DNA of 64,000 nt from Candidatus Uhrbacteria bacterium (GCA_016219925.1 JACRJU010000013.1:180472-244471), one strand, 5' to 3'; counted from the first letter of the stretch, positions 28,873 to 39,374 are shown. A program made the numbers and translations. Notes: generated from the letters alone by a model not told the origin.

Positions 28873-29222
28873 ATGTGCTGGATTTCAAGCATGTGAGGTG
28901 TACGCATGCGAACGATGGGGCAGGGAATGCAAGAAACTTTGTGGCAGGTGGGACAGGCCTCATGATCGTGGTGCTCTTTGGATATCAACTCAAAATATTC
29001 CTCCGTGGTGTGGGAATGAATGGAACGAATTAATCCGGCTTCGGTAAGTTTGGTGAGATTACGATAAATCGTCGAGAGTTGTTTATCTGGGACATGAGAG
29101 GCAAGCTGACTGGCACTCCATGCGCGATCTTGCAAAAAAACTTCGAGGAGATCGTGACGGTCTTGTGTACAACGCAATCCGGCGTTTTTGATGAGACGAT
29201 CAATGTGACAGGCGTGTTGCAT
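28854..29222 (-). CDS. zur: Fur-family transcriptional regulator (likely Zur)
   Basis: Winged-helix N-terminus plus HHDH...CPTC metal ligands. It is first in the znu operon. Start taken at MQHACH. Confidence 0.7.
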   Translation of the reverse strand: MQHACHIDRLIKNAGLRCTQDRHDLLEVFLQDRAWSASQLASHVPDKQLSTIYRNLTKLTEAGLIRSIHSHTTEEYFELISKEHHDHEACPTCHKVSCIPCPIVRMRTPHMLEIQHICPTCV

Positions 29223-29246
29223 AGGGGATGAGGCGGTATTGTTTTG

Positions 29247-29358
29247 CGATTTGTGCCATGTCTCTGGGCCAGCGCCTGCCCGCCATCCGGCCTGAGCCGT
29301 CAGGCGATGGCAGGCGGGGACTCCTCGCCGCTGTTCCCTCCGACATGGCACAAATCGC
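29247..29358 (+). repeat. Structured hairpin repeat, family 2, copy E (expanded loop)
   Basis: A 17-bp stem (GCGATTTGTGCCATGTC / GACATGGCACAAATCGC). The conserved loop carries an insert of about 40 nt. Confidence 0.75.
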
Positions 29359-29416
29359 AACAGGTTCCTTCGCTTCTATTGGTCGCTCATGATGGCGAAG
29401 CAAGTATCAGATATGT

Positions 29417-29444
29417 ACATTATGCAAATAGATTCGCATAATGT
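29417..29444. promoter_or_regulatory. Palindromic candidate operator between zur and yibEF
   Basis: ACATTATGC-N10-GCATAATGT, in the divergent promoter region. Confidence 0.35.
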
Positions 29445-29476
29445 CAAATACCGCATTTGTGGTATGATAAACATCT

Positions 29477-30574
29477 ATGTTGCGTTTTTTGCCATTATTT
29501 TTGTTTTGTTTTTCTTTGATTTATTCGCCAACGGCGTACGCGCAGGAGACCGACCAGCCCAGGTCCGTTGAAGCGGTGATCGCAAGCGTACAGGATAAGA
29601 GCGAACAGGGGCGCAAACTTTTTTATCGTTTTACGGCCAAGACGGTCTTGGATGAAACGTTTGTCGTTGATACCCGCGCTTCTTATCCAGACGGGCTCTA
29701 TCTCACCCTTGGGCCTGGTGATCGTGTCACGCTTCGTATTGTGGAAATGCCGGACGGGACCCAGCAAACGTTTTTTGAAGATAAGATTCGCCACCCCTCG
29801 CTTCTGCTTTTGTTCGGGTTGTTTGCGGTCCTCGCGATTGCGGTCGGCTGGTTTCATGGAGTATTTTCTCTGATCGGGCTTGCCTTGACGCTCATCATTC
29901 TCTTCGGATTTCTTTTTCCAAGCATTTTGTCTGGCAAAGATCCGGTCTTGATGACGATTTTGAGCTCCGTGGTGATCTTGGCGGTGAACATGCATCTTTC
30001 CCATGGTCTGCGCGTGCGAACCTTTTTCGCTTTCTTGGGGACGATTGCCGGATTGGCCGTGGCTATTCTCTCCAGTTGGTGGTTTGCACATGCGACCTAT
30101 CTTTCCGGTCTTGGAACCGAGGAGGCTTCGTTGGTGCTTTGGGACATCAAAACGATTACGGATCCCGTGGGATTGTTTATTGCGGCGACCATTCTCGGAG
30201 CTGTGGGAGTTTTGGATGATATTGCCGTCGCTCAATCCGAAGTGGTTGAGGAACTTCAAAGCGTCAATCCGGAATTTACGCGCAAGGAATTGTTTGTACG
30301 AGCCATGCGCATCGGACGGCATCACATCGCCTCAACGGTCAACACGCTTGTTCTGGTGTATGCGGGCGCGGCTCTCCCAACCTTTCTCCTATTCTTCAAT
30401 ACAGCACAAGGTCCTTTGGTCTTTCTTAATAACGAATCCGTGGCTGAAGAGATTGTGCGCATTTTGGCCGGAACGGTTGCGCTTATTCTCACCGTTCCAT
30501 TTTCAACGCTTTTGGCCACGATCCCTAAATCTAAAATCATCAAACGCGTTGACACTCATTCTCATGCAAGGTAG
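29477..30574 (+). CDS. YibE/F-family membrane protein
   Basis: Signal peptide, a large extracytoplasmic domain, then 6 transmembrane segments with the GVLDDIAVAQSE motif. Confidence 0.65.
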   Translation: MLRFLPLFLFCFSLIYSPTAYAQETDQPRSVEAVIASVQDKSEQGRKLFYRFTAKTVLDETFVVDTRASYPDGLYLTLGPGDRVTLRIVEMPDGTQQTFFEDKIRHPSLLLLFGLFAVLAIAVGWFHGVFSLIGLALTLIILFGFLFPSILSGKDPVLMTILSSVVILAVNMHLSHGLRVRTFFAFLGTIAGLAVAILSSWWFAHATYLSGLGTEEASLVLWDIKTITDPVGLFIAATILGAVGVLDDIAVAQSEVVEELQSVNPEFTRKELFVRAMRIGRHHIASTVNTLVLVYAGAALPTFLLFFNTAQGPLVFLNNESVAEEIVRILAGTVALILTVPFSTLLATIPKSKIIKRVDTHSHAR

Positions 30575-30586
30575 CGTGACATAACT

Positions 30587-31042
30587 ATGTCGATGTATAT
30601 CTCACAAGGCGGTCTGGATGAATTGAAACGCGAGTATCAAAAACGCGTAAAAATTACGCGCAGAGAAATTGCGGATGCGATTACTTCAGCGAAAGAACAG
30701 GGAGACTTGTCCGAAAATTTTGAATACCAAGATGCGAAGGAGCAACAAGCGCTCAATGAAGCGCGTATCGCCCAACTTGAAGGGATGATCCATGATGCGG
30801 TCATTGTTGAACAGACTCAAGGAAATGATACGATTGAACTTGGATGTACCTTTCTGGCTCTTGTTAATGGTGCAGAGAAGACTTTTTCTCTTGTTGGTTC
30901 AACGGAGGCCGATCCGATCGCTGGAAAAATCAGCAACGAATCGCCATTGGGTCGTGCCCTTTATGGCCACGGGCCTGGCGAGATGGTCGATGTTCAGACG
31001 CCAAATGGTTCCATTCAGTATAAAATTATTTCCATTACATAG
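30587..31042 (+). CDS. greA: Transcription elongation factor GreA
   Basis: A coiled-coil N-terminus with the acidic tip DLSENFEY, plus a C-terminal FKBP-like domain. Confidence 0.9.
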   Translation: MSMYISQGGLDELKREYQKRVKITRREIADAITSAKEQGDLSENFEYQDAKEQQALNEARIAQLEGMIHDAVIVEQTQGNDTIELGCTFLALVNGAEKTFSLVGSTEADPIAGKISNESPLGRALYGHGPGEMVDVQTPNGSIQYKIISIT

Positions 31043-31045
31043 CGT

Positions 31046-32524
31046 ATGCCAGATGAATCTGCTTCGCGCCTCGAACGTCTTGAGCGTTTACAAGCCGCGA
31101 GTGTTGACCCGTATCCATCAACGACTCAACGAACGCATACCCTTCTGCAAGTACGAGAGCACTTTGAGGTTCTTGAGAAATCAGCCGAGCGTATGACTAT
31201 TGTCGGTCGCATCCGACTCATTCGCACACATGGTGGACTGACATTTCTTCAGATTCAAGATATCTCAGGCGTAATGCAGTTAGCTCTCAAGCGTGATGTT
31301 TTGGGTGAACAAGCCTATCATTTTTTTCATGAAACCATCGATCTGGGAGATTTTTTGCAATGTACAGGAACGGTTTTTCTGACAAAGAAGGGGGAACAGA
31401 CGCTTCTCGTCGATCAGTATGTTTTGCTTGCGAAAGCTCTGGAGCCTTTACCAGAAAAATGGCATGGTCTGACGGATGTCGAAGCGCGTTATCGTCAACG
31501 TGAACTCGATCTCCTTTCTCATCCGGAGGTCAAAGAGCGATTTTTGAAACGATCAAAACTGATCTCATCCATTCGTTCGTATTTGGATAATCATGGGTTC
31601 ATTGAAGTTGAAACACCGATTTTGCAGCCTATCCCCGGAGGCGCAAGTGCCCGTCCGTTTGTCACGCACCACAATGCGCTCGATGCGGATTTGTATTTGC
31701 GCATCGCCCCCGAACTGTATTTGAAACGCTTGTTGGTTGGAGGATTTGAAAAGATTTACGAGATTGGAAAAGTGTTCCGTAATGAAGGAATTGACTACGC
31801 TCATAATCCTGAATTCACGATGTTGGAGTGCTACTGGTCCTATGTGTCGGGCCGTGATAACTACATTGATTTTTTGGAGGATTTTTTGCGCACGATTATG
31901 CGAGCGACCATTGGGTCCTTGCGCGTGCCGTACGGGGAAGGGGAGATCGATTTTTCGGGTATGTGGCCGCGTAAAACTTTTCGTGAAGCGATTCTTGAAA
32001 GCTGTCAAATCGACATCGATGATTATCTAGATGAGAATGCTCTAAAAGCCGAAGTCAAAAAGAAAAAGCTCGATGTGGATTTTTCCGAATGTGTTGGGAT
32101 CGGCGAGTGTTACGATCAACTCTATAAAAAAACCGCGCGGGAAAAACTGGTTGAGCCGGTTTGGGTGTTTGATTACCCCCTCGAACTCAAGCCTCTGACG
32201 AAAGCCAGTCCGGATGATCCAAGCAAAAGCGCTTCCGTGCAGTTGGTGGTTCACGGCATGGAGGTTGTCAACGCGTACTATCACGAATTGAACGATCCTA
32301 TCGATCAACGTAAACGGTTTTTGGCTCAAGAAGCTCTGCGCGAGCGCGGGAGTCAAGATGCGCAATATGTTGATGAAGACTTTTTGCGTGCGCTTGAACA
32401 CGGCATGCCACCCACAAGCGGCATGGGGCTTGGGATTGATCGTTTTGTCGCTTTTTTGACCGGGGCCCCAAACTTGAAGGAAGTGATTTTGTTCCCGACC
32501 CTTCGTCCGAAGGGAGATTTGTAA
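31046..32524 (+). CDS. lysS: Lysyl-tRNA synthetase (class II)
   Basis: OB-fold N-terminus. Class II motifs: LRIAPELYLKRL, FRNEG and GLGIDR. Confidence 0.9.
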   Translation: MPDESASRLERLERLQAASVDPYPSTTQRTHTLLQVREHFEVLEKSAERMTIVGRIRLIRTHGGLTFLQIQDISGVMQLALKRDVLGEQAYHFFHETIDLGDFLQCTGTVFLTKKGEQTLLVDQYVLLAKALEPLPEKWHGLTDVEARYRQRELDLLSHPEVKERFLKRSKLISSIRSYLDNHGFIEVETPILQPIPGGASARPFVTHHNALDADLYLRIAPELYLKRLLVGGFEKIYEIGKVFRNEGIDYAHNPEFTMLECYWSYVSGRDNYIDFLEDFLRTIMRATIGSLRVPYGEGEIDFSGMWPRKTFREAILESCQIDIDDYLDENALKAEVKKKKLDVDFSECVGIGECYDQLYKKTAREKLVEPVWVFDYPLELKPLTKASPDDPSKSASVQLVVHGMEVVNAYYHELNDPIDQRKRFLAQEALRERGSQDAQYVDEDFLRALEHGMPPTSGMGLGIDRFVAFLTGAPNLKEVILFPTLRPKGDL

Positions 32525-32526
32525 CT

Positions 32527-32937
32527 ATGGCAAAGCGTGTGCTCGTTTTTGGGACGTTTGATGGATTACATTCTGGGCACCTCTTTTTTTTACGCCTGGC
32601 CCGTTCGCTTGGCGAAGAACTCCTTGTCTCTGTCGCGCGTGATCGTCACGTGCAAGCGTTCAAGCAAAAACAACCGCAACATCCTGAAAACGATCGTCTG
32701 CAAGCCGTTCGTGCGTTGTCCTTTGTGAAGGAGGCTGAACTTTCAGATGAGGTGCCGGGATCTTTTGGCTTGCTTGAAAAATGGCATCCCGATAGGGTTG
32801 TGATTGGACATGATCAAGATGAATTAGAAACAGCGCTTAAAGCGTGGGCTTCAGAACAGTTATCGCCTCCCATTATTCAACGGCTTGAGGATGAGTATGC
32901 ATACGGAACATGTCAAAATTGCTCTTGCCATCATTGA
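32527..32937 (+). CDS. Cytidylyltransferase-like nucleotidyltransferase (HxGH family)
   Basis: FGTFDGLHSGH, a Rossmann nucleotidyltransferase motif, as in the FAD synthetase N-terminus / CTP-glycerol-phosphate cytidylyltransferase. Confidence 0.55.
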   Translation: MAKRVLVFGTFDGLHSGHLFFLRLARSLGEELLVSVARDRHVQAFKQKQPQHPENDRLQAVRALSFVKEAELSDEVPGSFGLLEKWHPDRVVIGHDQDELETALKAWASEQLSPPIIQRLEDEYAYGTCQNCSCHH

Positions 32938-33322
32938 ACGGGACAACCGTATTCTGTTACTGCATCGACGGGATTTGGAACCTCAATGGGACGGAAAGTG
33001 GGAATTTCCTGGTGGAAAAATTGAGGCGGGTGAACAACCGGATCAAGCCGTTCATCGGGAAGTTCAAGAAGAGACTGGTTTGACCATTGATGAGGCCGCG
33101 TTGTTGTGTGTGCATCACCATGATTGGCATCTCGAAGATCGCACGCTTCATGTGGAACTTTATTGTTTTACCGCGAGTAATAGGGAAGGGGATTTTCATC
33201 TTGAACCCGAAAAGTGTTCAGAGGCAAGATGGGTTGATGTTCAGGAGGCGCTTACCTACGATTGTCTTGTCGCAAATCATGATTTGCTTCTGAAGTATGT
33301 ATCGCACCTGGATCGAAATTGA
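32900..33322 (+). CDS. NUDIX hydrolase
   Basis: Nudix box GGKIEAGEQPDQAVHREVQEETGL. Confidence 0.75.
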   Translation, partial: HTEHVKIALAIIERDNRILLLHRRDLEPQWDGKWEFPGGKIEAGEQPDQAVHREVQEETGLTIDEAALLCVHHHDWHLEDRTLHVELYCFTASNREGDFHLEPEKCSEARWVDVQEALTYDCLVANHDLLLKYVSHLDRN

Positions 33323-34427
33323 TGAGCAAGCGCTTGTCACTAACATCAAGACTCTCCGTAGCCTTTCGGAAGGCGCGCGGTTTTGTGCGATCGTGAAGGC
33401 AAATGCCTATGGCCATGGACTAAAGGAAGTCGCGCAGATTGTCTCTCGTGTTGGGGTCACGGCGTTTGGAGTCGATCACATTGACGATGCCATCTTGTTG
33501 CGCGAGAGATTTCCCAGCGCCCTGATTATCGTGCTTGGGTACACTCTGTTTGAACGCTTCGGTGATGCTGTCCATCACAACATTGAACTCACGCTTTACG
33601 ACAAAGAAGGGATTGCCCATGCAGAACGGATGGCCGCATCAGCGGCAACCTTATTGCGCGTACATCTCAAACTGGAAACCGGTACAACACGACAAGGGGT
33701 CATGTCTGAAGATATGTTGGATCTTTTGCTTGAGCTCAAACGATGCTCGCATGTGCAGATTTCAGGGGTCTCAACGCACTTTGCCAATATTGAAGATACT
33801 TCTGACCCGCAATATGCCTCCGAACAGTTTTCTCGATTTCTTGCAGGAATTGAGCAAATTCGAACGGAAGGTTTTGATCCAGAACACATTCATTGCGCCT
33901 GCTCGGCGGCCGTGCTTGTTTATCCGCAAACGCACCAGACGCTCGTGCGGCCTGGCATCGCGTTGTATGGTCTGTGGCCTTCAGCCCTTGTAGAGCAAAC
34001 CGTCCGCAAGCAAAATATTTCTTGTGATCTTCGTCCGGTTCTCCGATGGAAAACACGTATCGCACAGGTGAAATCCGTGAGAACGGGAACTCCGGTCGGC
34101 TACGGACTTACGGTGCGAATGAAACAGCGCAGTCGCGTTGGCATTCTTCCCGTGGGATATTGGGATGGCTATGATCGATCGCTCTCTGGGGTGGGGGAGG
34201 TGCTTGTTTCAGGACAGCGCTGTCCAGTGCTTGGCCGGATTTGCATGAATATGATGATGATTGATGTCTCAAATGTTCCGAAAGTCGAGAAGGAACAGCC
34301 AGTCACGTTGATTGGAGTTGATGGACGCCATGAAATCAGCGCGGCTGAATTAGCTATGAAGGCGCAGACCATTCCGTATGAAATTGTTTCACGGATTAAT
34401 GCGATCTTGCCACGTGTGGTTGTTTAA
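33297..34427 (+). CDS. alr: Alanine racemase
   Basis: PLP lysine motif AIVKANAYGHGL, plus the C-terminal beta domain. Confidence 0.85.
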   Translation: MYRTWIEIDEQALVTNIKTLRSLSEGARFCAIVKANAYGHGLKEVAQIVSRVGVTAFGVDHIDDAILLRERFPSALIIVLGYTLFERFGDAVHHNIELTLYDKEGIAHAERMAASAATLLRVHLKLETGTTRQGVMSEDMLDLLLELKRCSHVQISGVSTHFANIEDTSDPQYASEQFSRFLAGIEQIRTEGFDPEHIHCACSAAVLVYPQTHQTLVRPGIALYGLWPSALVEQTVRKQNISCDLRPVLRWKTRIAQVKSVRTGTPVGYGLTVRMKQRSRVGILPVGYWDGYDRSLSGVGEVLVSGQRCPVLGRICMNMMMIDVSNVPKVEKEQPVTLIGVDGRHEISAAELAMKAQTIPYEIVSRINAILPRVVV

Positions 34428-34430
34428 CTT

Positions 34431-35270
34431 ATGAAGCGTCGTGATTACTTTCGAAGAACGCAACAGAAACAATATATCTCGCGTCCAAAAGCGAATCCCT
34501 ATTTTCGTTCCAAAGATGATCGCAAGCGACTCTTTGGAACGATTGGAGCCATAGGAACTGTTGTTCTGATGGTCGTCCTTCTCATTGTGCTTTTAGCACA
34601 TCCTTTTTTTAACATCACGTCTGTGACCGTTCATGGAGCTGTTCAAACCGATCGAGGAGCTCTCTCAGAGACGATTCGATCTGCTCTGCATGAACGCCCT
34701 CTTCTTTTTTTTCGCCGCCAAAATCGTTTCTTATTTCGATCGACCGCTCTAAGCAAAACACTGAATGATTCTTTTGCCTTTCGTGACGTCCAGATCAAGC
34801 TCCAGAGGAAACAACTCAATATTGCGGTCGTTGAACGCACCTCGCAGCTCATTTGGAAGAGTGCAGAAGAAGCGTATGTGGTTGATCTTGATGGAATTGT
34901 GATTCGTTCTCTTGATGTTGAAGAGTGGGAACATCTCAAAACGCTTTTGCCAATCTTTGTTGATAAGAATGGCACGAAGGTGACCGTTGGCACCTCGATA
35001 TCAAATCGTGTTGAGATCTCGACAATTTTTGCGTTTAATGAAGAACTTCAGAAGCGTCAGATTCACGTGTCGCAAACAGACATTGATCGGCTCTCGGGGA
35101 AATGGATCGGAACTCTGACGCAAGATGGATATCGTATTTTGTTTGATGCCACAAGCGATATTAAGGAACAGGTTGAACGGCTTGATGTGTTGTTGCGGGA
35201 GAAAATTTCTGATCGCTCAAAGCTTGAATACATTGATCTGCGGTTCGGGGATCATGTGTATTATAAGTAA
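34431..35270 (+). CDS. ftsQ: Cell division protein FtsQ/DivIB-like (POTRA domain)
   Basis: Basic cytoplasmic N-terminus, one transmembrane segment, then a POTRA-like region (ITSVTVHGA). Confidence 0.55.
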   Translation: MKRRDYFRRTQQKQYISRPKANPYFRSKDDRKRLFGTIGAIGTVVLMVVLLIVLLAHPFFNITSVTVHGAVQTDRGALSETIRSALHERPLLFFRRQNRFLFRSTALSKTLNDSFAFRDVQIKLQRKQLNIAVVERTSQLIWKSAEEAYVVDLDGIVIRSLDVEEWEHLKTLLPIFVDKNGTKVTVGTSISNRVEISTIFAFNEELQKRQIHVSQTDIDRLSGKWIGTLTQDGYRILFDATSDIKEQVERLDVLLREKISDRSKLEYIDLRFGDHVYYK

Positions 35271-35283
35271 AGGGAAGAGAGTC

Positions 35284-35362
35284 GTTTTGCGGTTTGTGCT
35301 ATGTCTCCGGGCCAGCGGACTCCTCGCGGCTGTTCCCTCCGACATAGCACAAACCGCAAAAC
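35284..35362 (+). repeat. Structured hairpin repeat, family 2, copy F
   Basis: A 22-bp stem (GTTTTGCGGTTTGTGCTATGTC / GACATAGCACAAACCGCAAAAC) closes the conserved loop. Confidence 0.8.
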
Positions 35363-35605
35363 GATCGACAGCAAGCACACATCTGCGTCTCTGGGTCGTC
35401 CACCCTAGCTTGTGTCTTAAAATGAAATATCGCAAAAAGAATATTCAGAAGAGTGAGCGAGACAGAAATGTCTTTCTTTTTATCTCTTCTCTCCATGGGG
35501 TGGGTGATCCCGAACACAAACCGGACCAGTCATGAAGACCAGTCCGGAATATACTGAATAACCGAGATCTATCCTAGCGTCGTATAAGGTTTATTGTACG
35601 ACACA

Positions 35606-35833
35606 TTAGAATCCTTTAAACACGTCGGTGAGATATAACAGCAACAGCATAATCGCTCCCATAAAGAATAAGGCAAGAGCAATGAGAACCAGGGCTTTTA
35701 CCGTCACATCGTCCTCTGCTGCCCCACGGATCATGTGGAAGCTGATGGACATGAAGGTGATTGTCGGTCCGAGAACAAAGAGCCAGCCGATAATTTTGAG
35801 AATGAGTTCAAGGGTCATAGAGATCTTTGCCAT
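35606..35833 (-). CDS. Small hypothetical membrane protein
   Basis: A 75-aa protein with two transmembrane helices, immediately downstream of the M23 peptidase gene. Confidence 0.3.
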   Translation of the reverse strand: MAKISMTLELILKIIGWLFVLGPTITFMSISFHMIRGAAEDDVTVKALVLIALALFFMGAIMLLLLYLTDVFKGF

Positions 35834-37038
35834 TAAAACGATGGAAGATAATCAAGGGGATTGGTTGGAATGCCATTTTTTCTGACTTCGAAATGGAGGT
35901 GAGGTCCGGTTGAGAAACCTGTGCTTCCGACCGCTCCAATCACATCCCCTTGAGCGACATATTGATCCGCTGAAACGCCGATACGCGAGAGGTGCGCGTA
36001 GAGTGTGGCGGTCTGATCGGCGTGGATGATCATGACGTAATTGCCATATTGAGTCCCTCGACGAGCCCAGGCGACGTATCCTGAAGCCGCGGCATGAACA
36101 GGGGTTCCTGTTGGCGCAGGCAAATCGATACCAGAGTGTTCGAACAGGTGTCTAAATGGATAGGTGGGATCATGAAAATAGGTGGAGAGACCCTTTATCG
36201 AAGGATCAAACGGCCAAGCGAGAGGCCCCTCCCCTGCCTCGGTTCCTGTTTTGGATTTAAGCTTGCGTTCGACTTCTTGTTGCAAGGATTGAATCTGCTG
36301 ATTGATCGCCGCTTGTTCTTGTTTTAAGTCTTGTAGTAACGATCGAAAAGCGTTTTCCGATCGTTGTGTTTGATCAATGAGGGTTTGCCGCGATCCCACC
36401 TCATCTTCCAAAAGATCTTGTTGTTTTTCTAACGCCAACTGAACTTTTTCCTGTTGGGTTTTTTGCTCTTGTTGATTGGTGCGTTTGGTTTCAATTTGAG
36501 CCTTGGCTTGGTTTGCACTTTCTAAGGTGTCTTTTAACTCCTCATTAACATTCTGGAGTGCCGCCGCCTCGTCAAAGAGGTCTGCAATGGAATCCGAACC
36601 AAACAAAAGTTGAAGAGGAAGATCTTTGTCTTTCGTTTGAATGTGTCTAAGCACACCAGCCATCAATTCCTTGTCATGAGTTAATTTTTGATCAAGCTGG
36701 CCGATTTCTTCGTTTAAGAGGGCGATTTGCGTATTGATCAAATCGATCTCATCCTTACTTTGGTCTATTTCCAATTTTGACTTTGCGATACGGTTTTCAA
36801 GAAGCTCCAATTCGCCGTTCAGGGTTGCCTTTTCTTTTTGTTTTTCTTGAATTTTGGTTTGGTACTGTTCAATTTGTTGATTGATCTTATCGATGTTTCC
36901 TTTTTTTTCATTGATGGATTTATTGATGGCATCAATTTGTGTTGTATATTCTGGCGCTTGTTGAGCCAACGCAAAAACACTCCCTGAAGCCAGCAAGGTG
37001 GTGACAACTATCGCGCTAAGTAAGCTGACTGATCGCAT
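35833..37038 (-). CDS. M23-family metallopeptidase with an N-terminal coiled-coil (EnvC-like)
   Basis: Signal peptide and long coiled coil. The LytM domain has HxxxD and HLHFE motifs. Confidence 0.8.
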   Translation of the reverse strand: MRSVSLLSAIVVTTLLASGSVFALAQQAPEYTTQIDAINKSINEKKGNIDKINQQIEQYQTKIQEKQKEKATLNGELELLENRIAKSKLEIDQSKDEIDLINTQIALLNEEIGQLDQKLTHDKELMAGVLRHIQTKDKDLPLQLLFGSDSIADLFDEAAALQNVNEELKDTLESANQAKAQIETKRTNQQEQKTQQEKVQLALEKQQDLLEDEVGSRQTLIDQTQRSENAFRSLLQDLKQEQAAINQQIQSLQQEVERKLKSKTGTEAGEGPLAWPFDPSIKGLSTYFHDPTYPFRHLFEHSGIDLPAPTGTPVHAAASGYVAWARRGTQYGNYVMIIHADQTATLYAHLSRIGVSADQYVAQGDVIGAVGSTGFSTGPHLHFEVRKNGIPTNPLDYLPSF

Positions 37039-38479
37039 GATCGATGCGTTTAAGTGTCTCCTGTTTGCCAAGCACCCACATGAACTCGTGAGGACCGGCG
37101 GAACGCTCTTGTCCGGAAAGCGCCACACGGAGCGGCCACAAGACGTTGCCGTTTTTGAGTCCATTATCTTCAATATACCGCTTGAGCCCCTTTTCTATCA
37201 ACGCGGCCGTGTCAAACATGGACGAGTCTTTGGCGTTGAGAAAAACACGGAGATTCAATAACTGTTCTTTAGCATCTTCCCGCGTACTTTTTTTCCACAC
37301 AAGAAGATCGGCCGCGTACATCGGTTGCATGGTATAGACAATCAACGCATCCTTTACTTCGCTAAGCAATTGGATGCGCGTTTTTTCAATTTCCATGGCG
37401 CGAATACCGAGAGCCTCATCAACCCCCCCTCCCTCTTCGATGAAGGGTTTTGAACGCGCTAAAATTTTCGCCCCAGAAAGCTGTTTAATGTACTGACCAT
37501 TCATCCACAACAGCTTGTTGACATCAAAGACAGCGCCGCTTTTATTGATTTTTTTAAGATTAAAAGCTTCAATAAACTCATCGCGTGTGTAAATTTCGCG
37601 ATTGGATGTGGGGTTAAATCCCAGAAGCGAGACGTAATTTGAAAGGGCTTCTTCCAGATAACCTTTCGCAAGGTAATCCTCAACAGAAACATCTCCTTGG
37701 CGTTTAGAGAGTTTTGATTTATCCGGGTTTAGAATTAAAGGAAGGTGTGCAAACACAGGAAGATCGAATCCAAACCAACCGTAGAGCAGCACATGTTTTG
37801 GCACAGAGGATAGCCACTCTTCCCCACGAATGATATGCGTAACGCCCATCGCGTGGTCATCCACAACGACCGCAAGATGATACGTTGGAAATCCATCAGC
37901 TTTAAGCAACACTTGATCATCAACTTCCGCATGATCAATCACGACCGTTCCACGGATCTCATCTTGAAAGATCGTCTTCCCTTCCGGGATTTTCATGCGA
38001 ATCACATAGGAAGTGCCGAGATCCAACTGTTTATCAATTTCCGCTTGAGTCAGCTGTAAACATTTGCGGTCATATTTTGTCGGTCGTTTGGTTGCTTGTT
38101 GGGACTCGCGAAGGGTTTCGAGGCGTTTTTTTGTGCAAAAACAGTAATAGGCCTGCTGTTGTTCGATCAACTGCATGGCATGAGTACGATAAGTGTTCAA
38201 GCGATTTGATTGCGTATAGGGACCGTTTGGTCCTTTTTCAACGAGATGACCATCCTGCAAATAGGGACCTTCGTCATATGAAATATCCATGCGCGCGAGC
38301 GTACGGATAAGCGATTCGACAGCGCCGGGAACAGAGCGGGCCTGATCCGTATCTTCAATGCGTAACACAAACGTTCCGCCGTGCTTTTTTGCAAAGTAGT
38401 AATTGTAGAGGGCTGTTCGAAGTGAACCGATGTGCAAGGAGCCCGTTGGAGAGGGCGGAAAGCGCGTTTTAACATTCAT
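37016..38479 (-). CDS. gltX: Glutamyl-tRNA synthetase
   Basis: HIGH motif (SLHIGSL) and KLSKR (KMSKS). Confidence 0.9.
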   Translation of the reverse strand: MNVKTRFPPSPTGSLHIGSLRTALYNYYFAKKHGGTFVLRIEDTDQARSVPGAVESLIRTLARMDISYDEGPYLQDGHLVEKGPNGPYTQSNRLNTYRTHAMQLIEQQQAYYCFCTKKRLETLRESQQATKRPTKYDRKCLQLTQAEIDKQLDLGTSYVIRMKIPEGKTIFQDEIRGTVVIDHAEVDDQVLLKADGFPTYHLAVVVDDHAMGVTHIIRGEEWLSSVPKHVLLYGWFGFDLPVFAHLPLILNPDKSKLSKRQGDVSVEDYLAKGYLEEALSNYVSLLGFNPTSNREIYTRDEFIEAFNLKKINKSGAVFDVNKLLWMNGQYIKQLSGAKILARSKPFIEEGGGVDEALGIRAMEIEKTRIQLLSEVKDALIVYTMQPMYAADLLVWKKSTREDAKEQLLNLRVFLNAKDSSMFDTAALIEKGLKRYIEDNGLKNGNVLWPLRVALSGQERSAGPHEFMWVLGKQETLKRIDHAISQLT

Positions 38480-39285
38480 ACGAACAAATTTTTGAGTTCC
38501 AAACGGACACGTCTACAGGCTTTAAGAAATCGTCGGTGCTTTAGTGTATCCCAAATAACCAAGATCGGAAAGAACACGGTCGCCCGAACGATTCTACGGG
38601 CTCGGCGTGGTTCGATCAACAGACGCCACATCCACTCCAATCCAAAATTTCTCATCCATTTTGGCGCGCGCGGACGCTTGTGCGAAAGCGTATCGAGAGT
38701 CCCACCAATGCCGATGCCAATCCGGATCCCGGGAATGTGCTGCATCACTTCAAAAACGAATCGCTCTTGTTTACCTTGTCCCAGAGCTACTCCCATCGCA
38801 TCGGGTTCAAAAAGACGGATGTGTTCCATGAACGTATCGGTGATCGTCATGGACGCGGAGTTTCCTTGAATGCGACCGGGATCCAATCCCTTTACTTCCA
38901 ATCCCGAAAATTCTTTTCTTAACTGTTCGCAGGCGAGAGTAGCGCTCTGTTCATCGGACCCGATGAGCAAAAGTCGGCGTCGGTTTTTTGCGCACTCTTG
39001 GGCGATCAGCAAAAGGGCATCAATGCCTGTATGGCGATGATGAAGCCGCTCATCGGTCAATGCGGCAATTCCAAAAATGAGTCCCACTCCATCGGGTAAA
39101 GAAATATCCGCTCGATTGAGGAGAGAGTGAAATGCTTGATCTCCCCGAGCTTGAAGTAAAAATTCCGGATTTGGCGTCACAACAAAAAGCTGTGTCCCTC
39201 CTTGCAGGGCGAGATCAAATTTTTGTTCAAGCTCGCCTTCTTCGAGGTCATCAATGCGAACGCCAAAAAGCCTATGGGAAATCAT
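38476..39285 (-). CDS. WecB/TagA/CpsF-family glycosyltransferase
   Basis: The family-typical VTPNPEFL...DGVGLIFG core. Confidence 0.7.
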   Translation of the reverse strand: MISHRLFGVRIDDLEEGELEQKFDLALQGGTQLFVVTPNPEFLLQARGDQAFHSLLNRADISLPDGVGLIFGIAALTDERLHHRHTGIDALLLIAQECAKNRRRLLLIGSDEQSATLACEQLRKEFSGLEVKGLDPGRIQGNSASMTITDTFMEHIRLFEPDAMGVALGQGKQERFVFEVMQHIPGIRIGIGIGGTLDTLSHKRPRAPKWMRNFGLEWMWRLLIEPRRARRIVRATVFFPILVIWDTLKHRRFLKACRRVRLELKNLFV

Positions 39286-39374
39286 AATCTGTTCAATATG
39301 GTATCATAAGTGTGAAATTTTCTTGACATCAGCCAATTGGCACTCTACACTTGTGAGTGCTAAATGCCCATTCT

